Origin: Nageia nagi
Taxonomy: Eukaryota > Plantae > Pinophyta
Assembly (NCBI GenBank): GCA_050084985.1
Contig: JBITNC010000001.1
Coordinates: forward strand, 50,654,001-50,718,000
Direction of reading: 5' to 3'
Length of the DNA stretch: 64,000 nt
Below, piece by piece: positions 39,227 through 50,941 of this stretch (position 1 is the first letter of the stretch; each line of letters starts with the position of its first letter). The position numbers and the translations under genes are program-made. The notes beneath the pieces are model-generated. The model searched no databases. It was given only the letters and a program-made list of their open reading frames with translations, and was not told where the DNA came from.

Positions 39227-40079
39227 GCGCATGCCTCTAGGAGTCACAATCATGTCTTTTTTTTTCCATGCACCAGCCTTGGAAGCTCTCTAGGATCCAA
39301 TGTAAGCCTTCTGAAGTCTCTCATTTACCTTTTTTGACCTCCTAGCTTCAAGTCCTTCGAGATTCCATCTTTTCTTGGGCCCAAGGTTGTCCAATTTCAT
39401 CCTTAAACTCTTCTCGAAGCCTCCTCAAGCTTGGCACATGCCTTAGAAAGTCACCATCCTGCCTTTTGTTTCATACGCCAGGCTTGTATTTCTTCCCAGT
39501 TTGAGCGCATTCCAAAAAAAGCCACACTCCTATCTCAATCCTATCTTTTCAACTCATGTTCCAGCCTTGGATACATGTTTGGTCTTGGAGCATCGCTCAA
39601 AAAGTCACAATCATGACTTTTCGAGTCATGTGTTGGGTTGCCTAGATGGACTTAGGTGCATCTTGATGTCTTTTTCTATACCTTAGCCAATTTTCCACCT
39701 CCAAAATGCTTCTCTTCTTGTTCAAGACCCTAGCACAAGCTTCTTGGGTGCTTCACTTCACCAAATTTCACCCTGACCTCGACCTGTGCTCCTTTTGTTG
39801 GCTGGCGCATGCCCCAAAAAAGTCACAATCATGACTTTTTGAGTCATGCCCAAGGTCTCTAAGAGGCCAGGTTTGCTTCTTTGCCCCTTGAACTCGACTC
39901 CGGTGGCCCTTATTGTCTGGCACATGCTAAAAAAAATCACAATCATAAATTTTTGAGTCATAATCCTGCCTCTTGAATGCTTGCCTCTGCTTGATTTGAT
40001 CTCGAAGTTGTCCTAAATGGCTTCCTCCTCCTAGCATATGCTAGAAAAAGTCAAAAACATGACTTTTGGAGGCATGTGT
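39227..40079. repeat. Array of ~7 palindromic ~46-bp repeats, core AAAAAGTCA-CAATCA-TGACTTTTT flanked by GCATG/CATGC
   Basis: Copies at ~39227, 39433, 39504 (degenerate), 39589, 39805, 39920, 40034, with non-identical spacers. Confidence 0.85.
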
Positions 40080-40827
40080 TGGGCTCTTGGAGGCTACACT
40101 TCACTTTTCTCATCTTCGAACTTGACCTAGGTTCCCTATTTTCACCTAATTTCGACTTCCTATTTCCAACTTAGTCACTTCTGGGAAATTTAAGACTTGT
40201 ACTACTAGGGTTAAAACAAGAGAAGGCGCAACACTTAGTTCTTGTCAACGTGTTGAGCATGATATCCAAGAAAATGAAGTCCTAAGTTTTGCGTGATATG
40301 ATGTGGGCAAGGTGTTTGGGTCCCCAAAATTGTAAGTTTTTGGGGCATGTTGTGCTAGTCATAACAGATAGCAGTCTAAATGCAAATATGATTCATGAAG
40401 TGTCGTCCTAGTCCTCTCTAATTAGCACACTAGTCTTTGAAAACCGTATTTGTGGTAGTGTTGTTAAAGGGAAGAATGATGTGATTTGTTGAGACCTCAA
40501 CAAAACTAGGAGGTCATGGAGGCACCTCCTATTATGCCCTACACAACTCGTCCCAAAATCCCGCGATTTTGGGGACCCACCGCAACTCATACCTATGCAA
40601 CACCACATTTTGTCTTGTGTCTTCCTGCCTCCCCTAACTAGGATCCACGTTTATCATCCCATCACCTAAGTGTGTCTAACCACCCATTCTTAGTCATGTC
40701 AGTATGAAAGCCAAAATCCCCCAAAAAATGGCTAAGTCTAGAAATTCAATTCAAGTTTTTAGGTGAAATAGAGGAACCCGTGTCAAGTCCAAAACAAGCC
40801 AAGTGAGTTTGGACCACTCCTAGGCCC

Positions 40828-41785
40828 AGCGCAAGAAGACAAGATCTTGTCTTTCTGGGACATGCGCCCAGATCGAGAAGATGACCAAAGCAGAATCTAA
40901 GTCTCGAAAGGTAAATTGGGCCACTTCTAGGGCCAATGTATGCCTTAAAAAAACAAAATCTTGTCTTTCTGGGACATGTGCCAAGCTCTAGGAGGTGCCT
41001 AGATCGGAATGAAAGATGGAGAAGGCAAGTAGGAGGCATCTTAAGCTTGGTGCATGCCTCAAAAATACAAAAGCTTGTCTTTTGGGGGCATGCACTCAAG
41101 CTAGAAGGCCATCGAGAGAAGTTCGAAGATGGGAAAAGTGAAGCATACCCACCCAGGAGGCTAGCACATGCCTCAAAAAGACAAAATCTTGTTTTTTGGG
41201 AGCATGTGCCAAGAGCAGAAGAGCATCCAGTTTGAATGAAAGGAAAATTTTCACTAAGGCACAAAGCCTTGAATCCCGAATACAGCTTCAATAGGACCAG
41301 AGGGGCTGGCACATGGTTTAAAAAGACAAAATATTGACTTCTGGGAGCATGCGCTAAGTCTGGAGAGACATTAGGATGTAAGGAACACGAAAATTTGGCT
41401 AAGTCCGGAGAGCATAAAGCTAAAACTAGGTCAATCTGGCCATCTGCAACCCAGCGCATGCTCCAAAAAGACAAAATCTTGTCTTTTTGGGTCATGCACC
41501 CAAACTGGAGGAGCCGAAGAGTCTAGCACATAGTTTAAAAAGACAAAATCTTATCTTTTGAAACATGTGCTCAACTTGGAGGAGTTCTAGTTGAGTCTTT
41601 CGGGCAAATTTGGCAAGTTGGGACACCAAGAAGGGCAATATTCAACAAGTTCAAGTCTCATCATGAACATGAAGGGTCAAGACAGATGACTGGGGAGCAA
41701 GTAGAAATGGCAAACAAAGAGCAAGCATCCTTAGGTTGAGCGCGTGCTCCACAAAGACAAAATCTTGTCATTTTTGGGCATGCGC
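40828..41785. repeat. Array of 8 palindromic ~46-bp repeats, core AAAAAGACAA-AATC-TTGTCTTTTT flanked by GCATG/CATGC
   Basis: Copies at ~40828, 40936, 41050, 41164, 41309, 41454, 41526, 41740; e.g. 41050-41095 GTGCATGCCTCAAAAATACAAAAGCTTGTCTTTTGGGGGCATGCAC. Confidence 0.9.
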
Positions 41786-41940
41786 TAGCCCTGGAAGAGC
41801 CCTAGACCCCCCACGTCCAGTCTCTGATGGCCAAGCATGGAAATTTGAGTGTGCACGCATCTCAAGGTCAGCCATCCTAATGGCCAATATCAGTTCCTCT
41901 CATGCCTAGCCGTCTAGGGTTTCTTGAAAACCTGAATTTG

Positions 41941-41950
41941 CCTATAAATA
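41941..41950 (+). promoter_or_regulatory. Internal TATA box upstream of the unit C cargo ORF
   Basis: AAAACCTGAATTTGCCTATAAATA, homologous to AAAACCCTAAAAGTGCCTATAAAAG on the minus strand of unit B (39051-39077). Confidence 0.55.
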
Positions 41951-42173
41951 CAAGCCCAGAAGCTCATTTTTCTCAAATTCAAATTCGTCTCCTCTTCATC
42001 TCTTGCGCCAAACTCTAAGGTAGAAGATAAAATTTGAGTTTCGGAATCTATCACACCACTTGGATAGGCTTGCGCAAGGAGTAAGGAAGACAAGCACGGC
42101 AACATGGGGGTCATAGCCTCATTAGGAAGCTAGCGCATCATTTCGGGGAGTCTTAGTTACTCGCTAGGGCATC

Positions 42174-45100
42174 ATGACTACCTCCAAGAGCAATTCAGCC
42201 AAAGACTTTGCAAGAGACTTGGAGACAATCAAACAAAATTGCATCATTACCATCTGCAAGGAAAAGACCCCCACCCCAAGGGGCCAAGTTCTCCAAAAAT
42301 GGGTTCACCATGATCGGAGATACAGATTGGCAAAAGGTAGACCCCATGCAAATGAGGGATAATATTAGAAACATGCAAATCAACAAGCTCAAACTAGATA
42401 TTGTGTTTTTCTTTGGGCTCTCAAACTTAGCCTTTGTCCCGTTCACAATCCCTTTCCCAGAATTGTGCCTAGAGGTCAGCCAGCATTGGCAAAAGGGAGA
42501 AAGGGTGCTTTGAGACATCAAGGGAAAAGTCATCATGGACTTCAGCCCCGAAGCCATCAAGACAGTTTTCCAGTGGACTTCGGAGGGTAGCTTTGAATAT
42601 ACTGAGGCCGAGTCACTTGCATGCTATCAAGACACAAATATGGCTGTCATGGTTATCAGGAAGTGGATGATGGACGAGCACCACGATCCAAAAGGGAATG
42701 CCCTCATCAATGCCCCTTGCTCCAACTTCCACCCATCAGTGGAATTGATGATCCTAATGTTGTCAAGGATCCTTGGTAAAGAAGATGCATCCAAATTTAG
42801 GAAGGAGTTCTTATGCTTCATTGTGGAGATTACCAAAGGGAGGAAGATTAAGTGGAACAAGGTGTTGAGCGATAGCATTATAGATCAGCTGTCATCTTTG
42901 GGGACCACACGCAAGTTCTATCTCAACTCCTACTTGGTGTACTTGTTGCTTCATGGCAAGTACAGACCTATGGCTCTAAAGGAAGCAAACTTGATTCAAA
43001 AGGGAACATATGTTGTATGGAATTGCTACCCTAAGTGGAAAATCGAAAGAAGATGGGATATTTCACAAAGAAAAATGATGGATGGGAATTTGAGATTTAT
43101 AAAGAGCTCAATGGAGAGATCACAGTTGCTAGAATCTCAAATTCAGCCCAAGATGCACTGAGGAAGCATGGAGACTTCGTCCATCACCAACACTATTCCT
43201 ATATTCGACTTTATGGGTTAGCCATAGAGCCATATCAACTGCCCCGATATGTGAGCAATAGATTGGTCTTGATGGAGATGATGAGGCAATTGACTCATGA
43301 GCACATCTGGCAACAGAAATCAACCATCTCAAATACGTTGATCATAGTGGGAGAGTATCAACGTAGAGCATGGGCGGATGTGAATTCCATGATAGAGGAG
43401 TTGAGGAAGTTCAACTTCAAAAAGATGACCGCCGCCAGTCACTATGATCCTGAGCATAGAATCCACGGTTTCTACATGAGGGAGAGAAAGAGGGCTTATG
43501 AACATAAGCCACTAAGAGATGAGTCGTTAAGAAATGTAAGCAATGAGGTGGAGATGAAGAAAATACATGCTAAGATACAAGAGAATGCTCAAAAGCAACA
43601 ACGGACGGTGGAGGCCACCATTGACAAGAGGTTGTCGTAATCTAGAGGGAGAAGACCACAAGAATCTACATCCAGAGTCACCCAGTTTTCCCCGACGATT
43701 GAGGAGCCTATTGGCCAATACCCATCCATGCACAACAAGAATCCAGTTGAGCAGATCGTGCAACAAGTCAGGAACATGGTAGATGAGCATGATATGAGGG
43801 AGTTGGACATGTGGCCGCCGACAAGATGGTGAGGTGTGTCAGAAATAGGGAAAAGGATCCATCACCACCCCAAAGACCACCTAGAGGATCGACTTCACGC
43901 CCATCCCAAGGTGTGCCACCATCCGAGTTTGCATCTTCTAGCCTTATGTATGAACCTAGTGATAGCTCTAAAGGAGAACGAGAGAATGAACTTGAAGAAG
44001 GCGAATACAAAAGTCTACCTGGAGAAGAGTCAGAGGATGAACATGAGGAAGAGTCTGAAAATGAACATGCAGCAAATACAAGTCCTCATGATGATATTCC
44101 TGATGCACAGAAAGATAACAATCCTTAGAGATTTTGGAGGTAGTCCACAAACCTGCCTCTTCGAAGCCTTTAACTTCTCAAAGGAAAGGTAAAGGCTCAG
44201 CCTCTGGATCAGTACCAAAGAGGGCGTAATTGAAAAGGACATCTCAATCTCGATCGTCAAGGGTGTAATTGCAAAGGAGAAAGACCTTTGAAGAGGACCA
44301 AGAGAAAAGCCACCAAAACTACGGAAATAGTTATTGAGACCCACCAGCTGTCAACCAACCAAGAGTGGGGCGTTGACATGGACGAGTGTCTTGATTTTTT
44401 TAACATGGACGTCGAGGAAGAGTTTTGAGTGAGAGAAGTTAATGATAAGGTCGGAGAGAGCTCCACTCGTCCTGGCAACAGTCAGACGTATGTACACATA
44501 ATTGACAATGCAATCCACATCAAGACTATTGTCACTGACAAGGATAACCTTCAACGTCCCAGAGACCTCAAGCAAATAAATCAGATCATCAATACAAGTC
44601 CTATCGGCATGTTTGGAAGAAAGCACGCAATCATTCAAATACAGAGGCAATCGCCAAGGATGGGTTGCTAAAGGAGAAAGAAATTAAGAGCCTTAAGAAG
44701 GAATTGGCCGCCTAGAGGAAATTGACTCAAGAGATGGGGTCTGCCAAAGTACCCCCTGAGGAACTTCGAAAGATAAAGCCTCTCAAAGAGGGAATGGTTG
44801 TCGTGAAACAGGAAGTGATTAATGAGGTTCTGACAATGGTGGAGTAATTTGTTGGTGCCCTTCAAAGAGTTTCGTTCCAGGAGTAGAAACTGAAAGACAT
44901 TGTGATCGAAAGGGTTAGACTTCTTAAGATCTTGGAATCCCGGAAGCCTATGATAATGAGATTTGAGATGACGCAACATCAATGGCCTAAAGATGTTAAG
45001 TTCTATGAAGACTACTGGTTCTACTTGGGTGTGATCAATCACGTACTCACTCGTTTCCAGGAGACCAAGAAAGAGGTGACTTTGATCAACGACAGGGCCA

Positions 45101-45410
45101 AGACAAACCTCAAGCAAATGGACTTTCAAGTTTAGTTCGTGGAAGAGGACACCACCATCAGAGAGGCGTACTTGGTAGTGATGGAGGTCAAGCATCTACT
45201 CCACAACTTGATCATGACAGAGGATGTGAATTCGTATCAGGCTGAGAGTCACCTTAGGCACACGATGCGACCCACACATGGAAGAGTGAGATGCAAAAGC
45301 TGATTGGTGAGGTTGGATGTTGTGTAGATGCAAACAGGCCAAAGTTTTTAGAAATTTTGCACAAGTTGGAGCTTACAGCGAAGTTCTTGGATGAGAACTT
45401 CGAGTAAAGA
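42174..45410 (+). pseudogene. Retrotransposon accessory protein relic (~1000 codons): globular N-terminal half (possibly plant-mobile-domain-like), acidic linker, coiled-coil-like C-terminus
   Basis: Chained ORFs 42174, 42208, 42535, 43035, 43811, 44902; motifs IKWNKVLSDSIIDQL..FYLNSYLVYLL and YSYIRLYGLAIEPYQLPRYVSNRLVLMEMMRQL. The family call is inference. Confidence 0.65.
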
Positions 45411-48400
45411 GTTGTGGCCCTGGGCCCACCATTGTCCTAGTCATCATTTTAGTTTATTTTATTTTCAAAAAATCTTATTTATTTTCAGCAAGACATTTAT
45501 AATATTATTTTATTCCCAAACTTGTGACGGATGAGGATTTGCTCCCACAAGTTTGGAAGAAATCTTGTAAGGCCATGTGGCATACTTCTATTGGACCACA
45601 TTTTATTTTCTTGAAATTCATAATTAGGGTTAGAGCAACACTTTGGTTGCTCCAAAAACTATTTACACCCTATTTTGGGGGATTGACAATTTTAACAATT
45701 GAAAGAACTTTTGTTTACAAGGCCAAAATTTCTCTAAATTGTTAAATGTGGTGTATGTTAATGCAATTATGCTTAAATGCTTCTCACATTGGAATGGTGA
45801 ATGTGAATGAATGAATGATAGTGTTATCTAGTATATTCTATCATTGCTTGGTGTAGATTTCAATCACTTGATGCATCTTGTAAATTTCCGTTGAAGTGGA
45901 CAAGAGAGTGCTTGAACATCCTATGAAGTGGTTGGTTAATATCATGTTATGATACTTCACCATTTGCAATTAGGCTTGGATACTCTGGAATGTCTCATTG
46001 ATGTTGCTCACCATAAGAACTTCACCTAGATCCTTTAATCCTACCTCTATCCCATCATACTTCATCTTTGCCATAGCTTCATGCTCCTTCCACTAGGCCA
46101 TTTGTGTTGTTGGCTAGTGGGATGGATAAAGGGTGCTTGGAACCTACATTGAGACCCAACTAGTCGACTTCCGAGGATATTATCTCAAGCCCGTAAGTTT
46201 GCATGCCCATCTTTGCATCTTTCTACCCACTATCTTTCCACCAGTTTTCTTTATTTTATTTTACACTTTTTTTTGCGATATTCGCACCCATGTTTCCCTT
46301 TTAGCATTTTCCATAAACAACCTAGTTAAAGCCCGAGCATAGAACTTAGAGTCCCTTGAATCCACACATGATATTCATGTTGGTGGCAGCTTTAAACATC
46401 TCGGTCATTCCCTAAGTTATCTTTGCCAAGTCATGAAGTTAACCTTTGGGGTAATCAGTCTCCAAAGCAGGAGGGAGTAACGTCCCTTCACTTGAGGTGT
46501 TGGAGTTTTTCTCACTACTTTAGGGTAGGAAAGAAAAACCACCCAACAACTCCTGATGCAACATGTAGAGAGATGAGAATCTGCATGATGTCTCCTATGT
46601 CCCCCCTCAAGGCCAAAAGCTCGGATAAAGGATGTGATGCAACAGTCGCATGTCGGATGTTTAGTGTTGGACATAAGACATTTCCAAAGGAGAATGGTCT
46701 CTTGGAGGTAAAGAGCTAAGTAACATTGATCTAAGTATGTGGATAGTTATCTATGTGAGTCTCTGAAAAGGCAATGGTATATACCTTTGATCTCATAGTA
46801 GACTGACATTGGAAGATGAAGTGGTCTTCGGACTTGACCTCAAGAGAGCAGAGACAATAGATTCGTAGGTCTCAAGCTAAATGGTGGTCCATCTTGATCC
46901 TCAACTGATGGGAGAAAAAACCGAAATTGTCCCAGGAACATGCTCAACCCAAAAGGGAGATGTAGGTTGATGTAACCAGGAGAGAGGATCACTCCACAGT
47001 CAATCTAAATGTATTGTTGTCAATAATGTGCTAACTTGGGTGATAATGGTTGAACTAGTGAAATCCAAGTGCATTGAACAAAGGCTCTATATATCGTCTC
47101 ACAAATCTCAGTCAAGGAATCAATTGAGGGGCTAGTCGAATCTCTCAAAGGCATGGGTAACCTATCAAGAGAAACAAAATCCTTGAAGGCACTCAGTAAC
47201 CTTCTAAACGAGCATCGGTGACAACCTTGGGCAGCTAAATCCATTGAGAAAGCTAGAGCTCTGACAGGTAGCCTAGTTGTGGTATCACTAAATATTCTGT
47301 GTAGACAACTAAGGTAGATGGCTACGAAAGTGATGGCCCTCACCTAAAGAGGTTGGCAATCGAACTATGCAAGCATAATGGGATGAGGCACCGTCCCCTT
47401 GCTCCGAATGGAGCATGATATTGTGTTGACCAAGATACTCTCTATTGCGGTCAAGTCTGTAGGCTCTCAAGTTGAGACCCCAACTCTCAACACCATAAAG
47501 AACTATGGGGTGACTAAAGTCTAAAACAGTTGTAGCTTAGATGGAATGTCCTGGGAGTGTAGTTGAATGCACTGTCTCTCTAAGGTAGATACTACAGTGT
47601 AAACTATAACCTCAACAAACTCTAGGACGGATTGTTCTCCTCATGGAGAACCTAGGTCCCACAAAGAGCACTACGAAATAGGTATAGGAAGTGGTGGTCT
47701 CGGTGGTATTATCACGAAGGGTGATTTGGGTCTAATCTAGCATGGCTCTCGAAACATTGAAGGCCACAACCTTAGTCAACTCTTGCCTAACGTAAGGAAT
47801 CTAATGCATCAATCAATCTCTATAAGCCCTCAGCTAAGTGGGAAAGTAGAACAATATCATTTGCAAAAAGGAGCACAAGTACCCGGCTACCATGAAAGAG
47901 GCAACCTGTATTTGGATTTGTGGACGCTAGAATAAAGGACTCCCACTCATCAATATAGAGGCTAAAAGGTGTTGGAGAGAGGGGGCAGCCTTGCTTCCCC
48001 CCAATCGTACTAAGAATGTTGTCTGATAGCCCCTCTAAGGTGCAAATGCAACCTGAAAGAGTGTTATAGAGAGTCAAAATGGTTGTGAGTCCTATCTTTG
48101 GTACTCCCAATCACCTGAGTCGGTCCATGAGTCTATGTCAAGGAACAATGTCAAAGGCCTTTCTAAAATCCATAGAGCATCAAAAGATTGGGGACTTCCA
48201 GAATCAAGCCTCCTCAATGATCACTCTGAGGACAAAAATATGGTATGTGGTACAATGATCCCTACGGAAACCTGCTTGTCCTCCTATTATGAATCCGTTG
48301 GCATCGACCATTTGAGAAATGTACTCCTCAATGATAGTGGCATATAACTTGGCCAAGGTGTGACCAATCATGCTAGTGCAATGGTCGTTTGGTTCATTGG

Positions 48401-50452
48401 GATCCCCAAACTTGAAGATAAGGTGGATGATGTTAGTGGTCCATGATGAGGGAAAACCTAAGTAAAGGACATTATTGAAAAGCTTTTAAAGGAAGGGGGG
48501 AGGGTGAGTTTTGCATGTTTGAGGAACTTGTCCTGAAGGTTCTCAATGTCTAGATATTTCCCTAGGTTTAGTTTTAGGATGGCGTCGTGGACAAGAGAGG
48601 GAGTGAAGAAGTTCGAGGTAAGGGGATGTGGGAAGTGGAGGGGAGGGGATCTAAGGGAACATGGTAAAGACGAGAGACATACTCTTTCCAAGCATGAAGG
48701 GTGATGGAGTTTGAAGGGTGCTTTTTGGAAAGGAAGGAGCACCAAAAGGATTTGGGGTTGGTATGAAGGTAATAAAGGATCTATGATCTCCTTTTGGCTA
48801 AAAAGTGACATTTCTTAGTCTTAAGGAGGCAACGGTATGAACTATGGAGGGTGGAAGGATGAATGATCAAGAGCAATGGCATGACAAAGGTGATGGTGAG
48901 AAGCCTTACAATTAAAATCATACCAATTTTTCATTGAGCAAAGTCCAGGGGGGTAGAAGCGATGATAAGGGCATATTTTGTGAGGGAAGGCTTGAAGGGT
49001 TGTGGAACAGAGAGTATGCTAAAAAGAGTGTATGGTCCTCAACCAAGGGAAGGGAGTGGAGACCAATTAATTTCTTCCCAAGGATACGATTATAAAGGAG
49101 ATCTCAGGTCGAATCAAAGAGGATGGTTGTGAGGTGCGCATGGTCAGCAATGAGAGGTGGTCTAACAAAGAGAGTGTGAGGTGCAAATGGTCAGAAAGAG
49201 AGGGTCGAGTGGCGACTAAGAAGGAATGGAGGTATGGAATGAGGGAGGGGCTGCAAAGGATATACTCAACAACATTCGACCCCTATGCATGGGGAAGTAG
49301 GTGTGATGATGGGATTGGGGGAATCAAGCAATACCATTAAGAATCACAAGACAATGGGTCTCACCGAGCTCAAGAAGGAATCTACATATGTTGAGGGAGG
49401 TGCGGGATCAACCGAATCTCTATGGAGAAACAAAGGTCGATCAAGAGCCTAGATGTGAAGAGGGTCCACACTACTATCAAAATACTAAGTCTCAAATTTT
49501 CCTATCCTGCCATAAAGTCACACATGAGAAAAAAGTCACCCTGAATGGACTCTTTGATAATCTCTGGAAAGAGGTCTAGATATGGAGACTCTCCTGTATC
49601 TTGGACCACATAGCTCTAAGATACTGGGGAGAAATAGCATCCAGCTATATAAACCCTCCTCAAGGGTGGAGTCCTCATCAACGAAATCCATATGTAGCGT
49701 GCATAGGTATCAATACCCTCTACAACGATCCTAGGAATAAAAGGTTAGAATAGGTTGGAAATTGTTGAATAATGTTGGCATTCCCACTGGAATCTAGTCA
49801 TTGGGTCACTACAATGGGTGTGAGGAACATAATCACTTCTGCCAGCCAACCACATAGTGAGACAGAGATACATAAAACATTCAAGCTTGAGCTACCATCT
49901 AGATTACTAGGCTATCTAAATGAAACTTTTTAAACCATATAACTGAGTATTTAGGACAGAGTGGCAGACACACGAATAGCAATGGCCCCTAAGATAATTA
50001 AAGTGATTCATGGTTGGAACACACCAACAAAATGATATTACAGGTTTTTAGATTTGCATAGTTTGTAAAAGATCTGTAGGCAAGTCTTCCGATATACACT
50101 TACCCCTCCAGCAATCACTGAGAAAAACAAAGAGATTTAAATGCATAGAAACTAAACATGACAAAGACACAAAAAAGAATTTAGAAAAAAATTTATATCT
50201 TCAAAGAACTTAAAACAGAGTAAAGAAGGATATTTGAGAAGTAGTTCAAGGTTTGAAGAGAAAGGATAATGATAACAACATTTAACTTTACGCATAAGAA
50301 TGTGGCACTTCATTCAAAAGGCTATGATAAATCTATCACAAGCAAAATAATCAAAATTTCTTATATTCATGAATTGGGTCCTCATGTTAATATTTGATAT
50401 GTTAGAAACAGGAAAATGCTACCCTTTTTAGTCTAAAGCATGTTTCCAATAC

Positions 50453-50577
50453 CTTGTTGTGCTGCAAAGTTTCGCCAAAGACTTCAGATCACAATCTTCA
50501 ATGTCTAAAGCTCTTAATACCATCAGCACACATGCAAGACCACAATCCCAACTACATAATTGTTGAACATGAGGAAC
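50453..50577 (-). CDS. GC1: GC1/GUCD1-like gene, coding exon 2 (VPHVQQLCSWDCGLACVLMVLRALDIEDCDLKSLAKLCSTT)
   Basis: TTTGCAG| acceptor, AAG|GTATT donor, 125 nt; Q-x-x-x-WDCGLAC signature of GUCD1/C39-like proteins. Confidence 0.93.
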
Positions 50578-50746
50578 CTGCAAATAGTTTGACCATTATT
50601 GCCATGAGAAAAACTAAAAGACCAGTCCAGAAAAGATTGCCATGAAACTGTAAGTTTGAACATTATTAGATAGTTGTTTATAACCATCATCTTACTGAAA
50701 CAGATGAAGGCACTTAAATTTTAATCATATAAGTTACGGAAATTAC

Positions 50747-50941
50747 CTTGACAAGTCTAGAGCATGGGACAGCAACACTGGTGTCTATTAGAGGGGGAAA
50801 TGGAGAATTCCATGTATATGATTCTAGTAAAGATGCAGCTACCCATCCAGTATTTTCCAAGTGAGAATGTCCATTATGCCTCTCAGGTGAGAGACAGGAC
50901 GACCTAACAACTGATGGTCGTCCCACCACTGCTGCATCCAT
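50747..50941 (-). CDS. GC1: GC1/GUCD1-like gene, probable first coding exon (MDAAVVGRP...VPCSRLVK)
   Basis: AAAATGG start context, AAG|GTAAT phase-0 donor, 169-bp intron to exon 2. An in-frame TAA lies upstream. The start codon is inferred. Confidence 0.7.

Larger units (their letters stand above)
37158..40366 (-). mobile_element. Solo-LTR-like unit B (3.2 kb) with hairpin array, internal TATA and degraded short reading frame
   Basis: Perfect TSD GATAG (37153-37157 / 40367-40371); minus-strand ends TGTTATG...CCCAACA; termini homologous to units A and C. Confidence 0.85.
40530..46548 (+). mobile_element. Solo-LTR-like unit C (6.0 kb) carrying a hairpin array, internal TATA and a ~3.2-kb degraded cargo ORF
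   Basis: TSD CCTCC/ACTCC (4 of 5); ends TATTATG (TG->TA)...CCCAACA; no internal direct repeat, PBS or gag-pol seen. Confidence 0.8.
36977..49745 (-). mobile_element. RTEX-like LINE split into three pieces (49745-46549, 40529-40367, 37157-36977) by units C and B
   Basis: The pieces join collinearly when compared with the uninterrupted copy at 17900-18479; RT GKQGCPLSP/LFANDI; tail at 36977-36989. Confidence 0.85.

Noticed and set aside
40746-41495. 249-aa minus-strand ORF
   Set aside because: Translates the palindrome array; no protein-like features.
39227-41785. CRISPR array (palindromic repeats with variable spacers)
   Set aside because: Eukaryotic TE context, irregular spacer lengths, degenerate repeats and no cas genes.
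37158-46548. A single giant foldback/TIR transposon
   Set aside because: Each arm has its own TSD and the 163 bp between them is the host LINE, so these are two independent insertions.
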